Origin: Anaerolineales bacterium
GTDB lineage: Bacteria; Chloroflexota; Anaerolineae; Anaerolineales; JABWBV01
Assembly: GCA_041564295.1 (NCBI GenBank)
Contig: JBFGQG010000001.1
Location: 1-36,826, forward strand
Length of the DNA: 36,826 nt
Direction: 5' to 3'
Both the position numbers and the translations under genes were made by a program. Each line of letters opens with the position of its first letter. Positions within the stretch are counted from its first letter, which is position 1. Positions 27,201 to 32,997 of the stretch are shown here, piece after piece. The notes beneath the pieces are model-generated. The model was not told where the DNA came from and searched no databases. It saw only the letters and a list, made by a program, of their open reading frames with translations.

Positions 27201-27913
27201 AAAAAACCGAGTCCTGCGGTCAGCATCAACGTACTGCCCACTTCGAACGCCAACAGCATAAGCAGCATGGAGCGGATTTGCCGCAAGACGTGGCGGAAAA
27301 CGATCTGCGAATCGGTTGCGCCCATGGCGTAAGCAGCCTCTACGTAGACCTCATTGCGCACCGTGCGCGTTTGCTCCCGAACGAGACGGGCCGTCTCTGC
27401 CCAGCCAGTGAGCGACAGGCCAATGACGAAGGCCAGCACCCCCAGTTCCACCCCGACGATGGCAATTGCCCCGAGGGCGACGAGCAGCCCTGGCAGCGCC
27501 AGGGCGCTCGAGATGAGCGTATCGAAAAAGCTGCCGATTCTGCCGATCGAATAGCCGGCAACCAGTCCGATCAGGGTGCCGAGAATCAGCCGCACGCCTG
27601 CCACTACGAAGACCATCTGGAACGTAGGCCGCACGGCGTGCAGCAGCCTGCTGTAGATATCCCGCCCGAACTCGTCGGAACCGAGTGGAAAGCCGGTCAC
27701 TGTGAAGGCTTTGAACGGCGGCACGTGCCATTTCCCGGTGAACGGGTCTTTAACGATCAGGTTCTCTTCGATCGGGTCCCTGGGGGCCAGGGAGGGGCCG
27801 TAGACGGCAAGATAAGCGATTGTGCCGACGAAAAGAATCCCCAGCCAGAGCGGCCAGTTGATGGAAAAGCGGTACCCGCGTGCTTTATTGCGCCTGAGTG
27901 TTTTTGTCGTCAT
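24275..27913 (-). CDS. DppC/OppC-type ABC permease fused through an extra TM helix to ~850 aa of beta-propeller (PQQ/BamB-like) repeats
   Basis: aa 1-310: BPD-transport permease with the EAA-type loop VEAAYAMGATDSQIVFRHVLRQI. aa 344-363: additional hydrophobic helix VAVILWALLAGGLLGYFGV. aa ~440-1212: repeated motifs of the type GEVYALNPDGSSRWQ, TRLYAITLDGTLNWE, GSLYAFTPSEGLLWKH. Confidence 0.85.
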   Translation of the reverse strand: MTTKTLRRNKARGYRFSINWPLWLGILFVGTIAYLAVYGPSLAPRDPIEENLIVKDPFTGKWHVPPFKAFTVTGFPLGSDEFGRDIYSRLLHAVRPTFQMVFVVAGVRLILGTLIGLVAGYSIGRIGSFFDTLISSALALPGLLVALGAIAIVGVELGVLAFVIGLSLTGWAETARLVREQTRTVRNEVYVEAAYAMGATDSQIVFRHVLRQIRSMLLMLLAFEVGSTLMLTAGLGFLGYYIGGDVWVDVADFVARRTSGSPELGQMLATAWVRLTDPWGLVSVGSVVFVAVLGFNLIGEGLRLRLSPEIQTLRIRWLSNAMGALRLNIAQAWHPVGNVLFGTRVAVILWALLAGGLLGYFGVRGWQAGTFKLPESQVNLFFYESAPPTLTPLPGAAEGSATPVGSDSGSQTISAEPVETPGAGNSEEPFTMPTEPVQITDPVIVWTLEDKSGFAGHPAVDSEGNIYVASLGGEVYALNPDGSSRWQLTLDPAPAFSPVISGETLFLPDRSGGLTALTLEGEVVWQYVQPDGGYSAVSQPVIDLNGVLYYTISRGTSGLVQAVGPDGSPLWRAEIQTAKFFRPPGLTAAGEYVFIAAELFDSATGEPVILESAIAPDSFFVGTNGKNYMVSGPAVFEWQRSGSTMELLTTIRASGITEQFGGVASPLTVHVTEDNLFIFVFGGFVLWQNELGELLFETHGPDNHFLIMPVSLEDDLSVIVCGRYRFSLQDPLKETCLSLTQTGERPAWKVDFGEYPGIQDTLTGGTRTPSGFIFASRKGFIYGVMERSIAEALEEQQANAAKESTAITATGSGWIFKTPSDLLVEPLLHENETVYLLTTDDQFYVLDSDGAVLHTFALPEPVYVLQETLFGGGTVGTAFPPILAQDGSIVVASDTRLYAITLDGTLNWEIPLDAAPHSPPITGLADDTYYLLDSQGSLYAFTPSEGLLWKHDLEEGLRPAFFFPVFSSTGDIFYTITNGTRGQIEALGPDGTQRWRTPLQTFNFYRPIQITPAGDWISVDDNVVRSSTGELVELVETEFPIDQFAMGRDGKTYLMSGSTVMEWTLLPGGHLNIERQVTIAFPPNATRGLPPRLSVTEDGTIWIVFVQAGGRSIIYDWVTFEGEVLNQITVDLSESFVVAEDTSAVNLTLCTLVRAETQLVCRGYVKRQLEPLWEITIQGIPRADNIHYSNGVLYIQTASDTLQTVSVDFPTD

Positions 27914-27943
27914 AAAGGCTCTCTAAATAATTCACTTTACACA

Positions 27944-28885
27944 TTACCCGGCCCTCAGCCTTGGGTCGACGGAGCGGACGATCACGGAAGCCAGCAGATC
28001 GGTGACCAGGAAAAGTCCGCCGAATGCCGTCAGGATGATGGCAACGGCTTCCGGATCAAGGAAAAGCAGGGTCCCATCGGCGCTGGACAGCAGAGGTGGT
28101 ACAAGCGTCTGTGCGAGGAGGCGGCCCAGGCCTGTCCAGGCAAAAAGCCACTCCACGACCACAAGCTCGCCGACCAGCAGCCGGAAAGATCCTGAAACTG
28201 TCAGGATAACGGGAGCGATGATATTGCGCATGGCGTATTTGAGTCGGATGGAACGCCAGGTCTGGCCGAGGCTGCGGCCGGCCCGCACGTACTGCTTGTT
28301 TAGCTCCCCGGAGAGTGTGCCGGCCGTGAACTGGGCTATCTGCATAGTCGGGCGGGCCATCAGCGCGATCGTGGGGAAGACGAGGTGCCTGTCCCAGCCG
28401 AAACCCTGGATCGGGAAAGGGATGTCTGTTTCCGGCCCGGCCCATATCACGTACGAAACGGAAGCAACGATGAGCAGGCTCCCGATATAGAAACTCGGCA
28501 TGGCCAAGCCGGATGTTGAAACAAAAGTCAGCCAGCGAGAAACGCCGGGGGGATCGTTACGGACGGCCCGCAGTCCCAGCAGGAAGCCGATGATTATGCT
28601 CAGAATCAGCGCCAGCGCCAGCAATCCCATGCTGGCCGCTGTAGCTTCGCGAATGGATCCCAGGATGCTCGCTTGCGTGTGGCTGCGCAGTTCCGGGTTG
28701 AAGATCGTGCGCAGGTAACCGGCATATTCGGGAAATAAGGGCCCAGGTTCTTCGACGAACGGCAGGTAAGGCGTCCGTTTTGCGCGCAGCGGTCGTGCGA
28801 AATGAGCATACGTGTACCCCAGGAAGTTCACGGCCATCAGCGCCGGAGGGATAAGAAGTAATCTTCGAATGATATAACGCAGCAT
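27944..28885 (-). CDS. DppB/OppB-type ABC permease
   Basis: MLRYIIRRLLLIPPALMAVNFL... N-terminus and EAA loop YVRAGRSLGQTWRSIRLKYAMRNIIAPV. AGGAG RBS 5-6 nt before the ATG. Confidence 0.88.
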   Translation of the reverse strand: MLRYIIRRLLLIPPALMAVNFLGYTYAHFARPLRAKRTPYLPFVEEPGPLFPEYAGYLRTIFNPELRSHTQASILGSIREATAASMGLLALALILSIIIGFLLGLRAVRNDPPGVSRWLTFVSTSGLAMPSFYIGSLLIVASVSYVIWAGPETDIPFPIQGFGWDRHLVFPTIALMARPTMQIAQFTAGTLSGELNKQYVRAGRSLGQTWRSIRLKYAMRNIIAPVILTVSGSFRLLVGELVVVEWLFAWTGLGRLLAQTLVPPLLSSADGTLLFLDPEAVAIILTAFGGLFLVTDLLASVIVRSVDPRLRAG

Positions 28886-28921
28886 ACTTGCTCCTGATAA
28901 CGATTTGCTTCCTGTGAGGCG

Positions 28922-30502
28922 TCAGGGAATTTCAAGATCGAAGGCGTAAAAACTCAATGGGTCCGGCTGCATATAGAGCCTGCCGTTCAGGTAGTTGATG
29001 TAAAAATTGTGTCCAGACACCGGAGAGTAAATGCCGTCTATTTTTAGGGTCCAGACGGGTTCATCCATTCCCGGGATATTCCGCGCACAGGAGATATCAC
29101 CGGTTTCTATATCCGGATCGCAGCGCAGGTATTCCACTTCTCCCCGGTTTGTCGAGAAATGGAACTGTGTTAACGGCACGGGGAAAACCCGGATTCCATC
29201 GGTGATTGTGTCAATCCAGACGAGTTGAGATTCTCTCCCAGAATATACGGTGAATTCGATCAAGCCGTCCGGATGGATGTGCAGGAACGGTCGGAAAAAA
29301 TTGTTAAACCCTTCCATGTTGACCGTGATGTCCTTCAACTGTTCGAACCCGTCGGGGCCGATACGCCAGCGAATGATGTGCAGACCGGTGATGAGATAGT
29401 CGAACCCGTCCTCCCCGGCAAAAATATTATCGACCGTGAACGGGAAATCAATCACTCGCAGCTGCCCGTCAGACAGGGAGATAAAGTCTTTGTCGATAAA
29501 GACGTAATCCTTACCAGCAGAAAAGGAAGGTGAGATGTTAAAGCGGTGGGTTTCCAGCCGCGTGCGCCAGCGCTCTTCGCCTTCCGGCGTGACGGAGACG
29601 AGAATTCCGGACATGCCGCCGGAAAGGACCAGGTAGATGTTGCCGTCAGGACCAATCTGGGGATCGGAGGAAACATGCAGGTTTTCGCCGGGGCTGAAGG
29701 TCCACAGAAGCCCATCCCGGCCGAAAGCGTGGAGGTTTCGGCTGTCAGCCAGGTAAAACACATTCTCATCCGAAACTGCTGCAATGAAGTATTCATCGTT
29801 GGGAACACCGTCGAGCGGGAAAGTCCATAGCAGGCCTTCTACGGGAGTGAAAGCATAAATATTGAAAGCGGCGTCGGCGATAAGCCAGACGTCGCTGCTC
29901 TGAAAAAGATTGGTGAAATATCCCGGTGAATCGAGCGAAATTTCGAATTCCGAGCGCATCCCTGACTCCGGATGGACGGCAAACACGCGGTTCCCGGTGA
30001 CCTGGACGACCGTCAGATCGTCCAAAAAGAACGTGCGACCTTCCAGGATATCTTGTTTTTCGATAACAGCGTCATCCTTGAAAGGATATGCGACCATCGT
30101 GCGCGGGCTGCCGTCGGCATTTACGAAGTAAAAAGTGCCGCTTTCTCCTGTGAAACCGGCAGTCCCGTCAGAAAGGATCTGCGGTCGCCCGACCAGTTTC
30201 TCCGGAGCCCGCCAGACCCAGCCGTTCGGTAAGGGTGTGGCCGGGTTGAACCCGTCCGCTGGTTCGTTTGGTGCGGGCGGCGAGCCGGTTGAGTCGCTGA
30301 TAGGCGTCTGTGTTGGGATGTTGATGCTGACCGGCGTGGGCGGGACGCGTGTCGGCGTGGGTATGACGTTGGCAGGGCCGTTTTGAGGGGTTAAAGCGGG
30401 ATCGTAAGCGAGCAGCCCGCCAAAGAGCAGCCCGGCTGCCAGGATGACGACGAGGAAAAGCCCAGTATGGTTATCGTAAAATTGCCTGATTTTCTCTTTC
30501 AT
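28922..30502 (-). CDS. membrane-anchored beta-propeller (PQQ/BamB-like) repeat protein, paralogous to the permease-fused modules
   Basis: N-terminal TM LFLVVILAAGLLFGGLLAY, then a Pro/Thr-rich linker. Repeats GTFYFVNADGSPR, NIYAFTPVEGLLWTF, NLHAFGRDGLLWTF, VSVTPEGEERWRT. The ATG overlaps the anti-sigma stop (ATGA). Confidence 0.8.
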   Translation of the reverse strand: MKEKIRQFYDNHTGLFLVVILAAGLLFGGLLAYDPALTPQNGPANVIPTPTRVPPTPVSINIPTQTPISDSTGSPPAPNEPADGFNPATPLPNGWVWRAPEKLVGRPQILSDGTAGFTGESGTFYFVNADGSPRTMVAYPFKDDAVIEKQDILEGRTFFLDDLTVVQVTGNRVFAVHPESGMRSEFEISLDSPGYFTNLFQSSDVWLIADAAFNIYAFTPVEGLLWTFPLDGVPNDEYFIAAVSDENVFYLADSRNLHAFGRDGLLWTFSPGENLHVSSDPQIGPDGNIYLVLSGGMSGILVSVTPEGEERWRTRLETHRFNISPSFSAGKDYVFIDKDFISLSDGQLRVIDFPFTVDNIFAGEDGFDYLITGLHIIRWRIGPDGFEQLKDITVNMEGFNNFFRPFLHIHPDGLIEFTVYSGRESQLVWIDTITDGIRVFPVPLTQFHFSTNRGEVEYLRCDPDIETGDISCARNIPGMDEPVWTLKIDGIYSPVSGHNFYINYLNGRLYMQPDPLSFYAFDLEIP

Positions 30503-31932
30503 CCGTCTAGTTCTTCAAGGGCCCAGATGCGGACGGTGCCGTCATGCGAGCCGGATGCGATGAGTTGATCGTCGGGGGAAACATCCACCGACGTGACGGG
30601 ACCGGTATGACCCAGGAGTTGACCGATAAATTCTCCTTCAGCAAGCGACCAGAGGATCACTGTGCCGTCTTCGCCGCCGGAAACCAGGAAGCGGCTGTCG
30701 GCGCTGAAATCCAGGTTGTTAACCCAGCCCTCGTGCCCCGTGAGGTTATAGATCAGATTACCCGTGATCGTACGTGAAACTCGGGCTATACCGTTGACTG
30801 CATTGGTTTCATCCCTGACAGTGAGGTCGAAAATTTTCCATAGCGAGATCAGGCCGGTCGTTGAACCAGAAGCGAGGAGAGAGCCCGAAGAAGATAAAAC
30901 CACGTCCAGTGATCTGCCGCTTTGGCCTTGAATGTTCAGGGTGAACGGTACATCGCTTTTGCCGTGGATCCAGATGGCGCTTTCGGCCGAGGCGATCAGG
31001 TAGCTGTTGCGGTCGGAGGCCTGGTTGACATCAAGGCGGATCGAACTTTCGAACGTGTCGAGCTGCTGTCCGTCGCTGACTCGCACCAGGGTCACCATCC
31101 GGTTGCTGAGCGTGACAGCGAGCAGGTCTCCGGTGGGCGAGAATTGGAGTTCCTCAACCTGAGACGAGACGGACATCAGCGTTTTGACGAAGGCACCGGT
31201 TTTCGGCAGCCAGACCTGGACGTCGCCATCGCGCCCGCCGCTTACCAGGAGCTCGCCATCAGGTGAAAAAGCGACGCTGGTCGCTTCCTTCTCGTGTGCG
31301 TCAAGGGTGCGCAGCAGCGCGCCGTCTCGCACCCGCCAGATCCGGATTTTTCCGTCGCTCGCTGCTGCTGCGACGATCGAGCCATCCGGCGAGAAGGCTA
31401 AGCTCGTAACTGGGCTGCTGCCGTCGCCGAGAGTCAGGCGAAGCTGCCTGGAAAATGGGACGAACGGGGTGGATGGAACCGTTTCTGACGGTGCAGGTGT
31501 GGGGGCGATAATTGGTGCGAACGATTCCTGCGGAGGGGCGCCAACTGTGTTCATGGCCGTGGCTGCCGGTTGGGGAGGAGTGCGGGAAAAGGAATTGAAC
31601 AGCCAGTTCAGGCCGAGGACGATAGTGAGTGTCAGTGCGGCCCAGGAAACTGAACGGACAGCCTGCCCCGCAAAAGCAAGGACGTTCTTATTTCTCCGCC
31701 GCTTCCGGATGAGGCCGGCAGCTTTGCGAAGATCTTGCTGCGTAAGTTGCGGAGGCGCGGACGCAGCGGATAGCGCAGCTCGCAGAGCATTCTCCCGTTC
31801 AAGGAAGTCATGCCGGTACGCGCGGCAGGATTCGCAGCCGGCAAGGTGTTCCTCGAGCGCTGCCTGCTGGTCGGCAGGCAGCTGGCCATCTCGCGCGCTT
31901 TCGATCCAGGACTGGAACTGGTCGTGGCTCAT
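30499..31932 (-). CDS. zinc-binding (ZAS, zf-HC2) anti-sigma factor with one TM and a WD40-repeat ectodomain
   Basis: HLAGCESCRAY (H-x3-C-x2-C). TM VSWAALTLTIVLGLNWLF. About seven WD40 units (FSPDGSIVAAAASDGKIRIWRV, FSPDGELLVSGGRDGDVQVW, FSADSRFLVSGGEDGTVILWSL, SPDDQLIASGSHDGTVRIWAL, and others). Confidence 0.85.
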   Translation of the reverse strand: MSHDQFQSWIESARDGQLPADQQAALEEHLAGCESCRAYRHDFLERENALRAALSAASAPPQLTQQDLRKAAGLIRKRRRNKNVLAFAGQAVRSVSWAALTLTIVLGLNWLFNSFSRTPPQPAATAMNTVGAPPQESFAPIIAPTPAPSETVPSTPFVPFSRQLRLTLGDGSSPVTSLAFSPDGSIVAAAASDGKIRIWRVRDGALLRTLDAHEKEATSVAFSPDGELLVSGGRDGDVQVWLPKTGAFVKTLMSVSSQVEELQFSPTGDLLAVTLSNRMVTLVRVSDGQQLDTFESSIRLDVNQASDRNSYLIASAESAIWIHGKSDVPFTLNIQGQSGRSLDVVLSSSGSLLASGSTTGLISLWKIFDLTVRDETNAVNGIARVSRTITGNLIYNLTGHEGWVNNLDFSADSRFLVSGGEDGTVILWSLAEGEFIGQLLGHTGPVTSVDVSPDDQLIASGSHDGTVRIWALEELDG

Positions 31933-31976
31933 AGCGGAGGCCTCGATTGCCGGGTAATTTTCGTGTGCTGATCCAT
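31929..31976 (-). CDS. 15-codon mini-ORF (MDQHTKITRQSRPPL) between the sigma and anti-sigma genes, speculative
   Basis: ATG at 31976 preceded by GGGGGAGG at 5-nt spacing. Its TGA overlaps the anti-sigma ATG as ATGA. Read directly; coding status unproven. Confidence 0.2.
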   Translation of the reverse strand: MDQHTKITRQSRPPL

Positions 31977-32008
31977 TTGGTCCTCCCCCTGCCCGGATCA
32001 GCGGGTGG

Positions 32009-32575
32009 TCAACCGAGCCGGACCAGGTGGTGGAGCTGCTTCCTGGCGTGATGGAGCCGGGAATGAATGGTGCCGGGGTTCGTATCGAGGAGTTGCGAAA
32101 TCTCCGGCACGGATAAGTCGTGTATGTAATACAGGATGACGGCGATGCGGTGTTTTTCTGGCAGCGAATCTACCGCTTTGAACAGCTCACGGTTCATTTC
32201 ACTGCGGACGGCAAGCTCTTCAGGGCTGCGGGTCGTGGTTTGCGGGCGTCGGAAGGACAGGAGTGCCTGCTTCAGGCTCAACCAGCGTCTTCGTTTTCGG
32301 AGTAGAGTCCGACAGATGTTGATCGCAATTCCGAAGAGCCAGGTCTTCACTTTTGCCTCGCCGCGGAACTGCTGAAGACTGCTTGCGGCAGCGATGAACG
32401 TTTCCTGAGCGGCATCTTCGGCGTCGGCCGGTTCCTGAAGGATTGAACGGCACAGCCTGAGGACGTCCGCGTAGTATGCGTGCACAAGTGAATCGATTTG
32501 CGTCGTTTCGCTGGTGTCAAAATGTCCCGCGTGATCGAGTGGGAGTGCGGCTGTGTTTCGCTTATCCAGAGGCAT
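32009..32575 (-). CDS. ECF-type RNA polymerase sigma-70 family factor
   Basis: Region 2 DAEDAAQETFIAA...KTWLFGIAINICR and region 4 LPEKHRIAVILYYIHDLSVPEISQLLDTNPGTIHSRLHHARKQL. Confidence 0.9.
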   Translation of the reverse strand: MPLDKRNTAALPLDHAGHFDTSETTQIDSLVHAYYADVLRLCRSILQEPADAEDAAQETFIAAASSLQQFRGEAKVKTWLFGIAINICRTLLRKRRRWLSLKQALLSFRRPQTTTRSPEELAVRSEMNRELFKAVDSLPEKHRIAVILYYIHDLSVPEISQLLDTNPGTIHSRLHHARKQLHHLVRLG

Positions 32576-32785
32576 TCGTCATCCGTATTGATTTGTCGTC
32601 TTTGGGGATCAAATCCTTTAAAATTGGTTGAAATTGGTGCTGGATATTGCTATCTTATCAAAAAACCGGGTTGAATCCGGGATGAATTGCTGTTTTGCAG
32701 TGAATCGATGAAGTGGGATCACAATTAATTCATAATTTGACGGACCGGCGCGAGAGATGGGGCTTTAGCCCCATCCTCTCGCCTC

Positions 32786-32813
32786 TTGACCGGCAAACTG
32801 GATTTGGTATACT
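32786..32813 (+). promoter_or_regulatory. near-consensus sigma70 promoter for tRNA-Leu
   Basis: TTGACC (32786-32791), 16-nt spacer, TATACT (32808-32813). The tRNA 5' end lies 12 nt downstream of the -10 element. Confidence 0.5.
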
Positions 32814-32825
32814 TTCTCGCACCAA

Positions 32826-32907
32826 GCCGAAGTGGCGGAACTGGCAGACGCGCGCGACTCAAAATCGCGTTCCTTCGGGAGTGTGGGTTCGATTCCCACC
32901 TTCGGCA
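32826..32907 (+). tRNA. tRNA-Leu (anticodon CAA)
   Basis: Hand-folded cloverleaf: acceptor GCCGAAG/CTTCGGC, D arm GCG-GAACTGGCAGA-CGC, anticodon stem CGCGA/TCGCG with loop CTCAAAA, long variable arm TCCTTCGGGAGT, T arm GTGGG-TTCGATT-CCCAC, discriminator A. CCA is not encoded. Confidence 0.93.
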
Positions 32908-32910
32908 TCC

Positions 32911-32943
32911 GAACCGTTCAATTGAAATGAACGGTTTTTGTTT
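32911..32943 (+). terminator. rho-independent terminator after tRNA-Leu
   Basis: Stem AACCGTTCA / TGAACGGTT with loop ATTGAAA, followed by TTTTGTTT. Confidence 0.7.
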
Positions 32944-32997
32944 AATTCTCGACGAGAGAACTCGAGTTTGTGTTCCAATCCGGTGAAAGGAGCTTTT

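Noticed and set aside
26543-28195. 550-aa plus-strand ORF antisense to the permease genes
   Set aside because: It spans the boundary of two well-supported minus-strand permease genes. Its product is low-complexity (R/G/P/Q/H/D-rich) with no motif. This is a typical shadow ORF in GC-rich coding DNA.
32826-32907. The possibility that the tRNA next to the TGA-containing gene is tRNA-Sec (selC)
   Set aside because: The anticodon loop CTCAAAA reads CAA, not TCA. The acceptor stem is the normal 7 bp, and the sequence closely resembles canonical tRNA-Leu.
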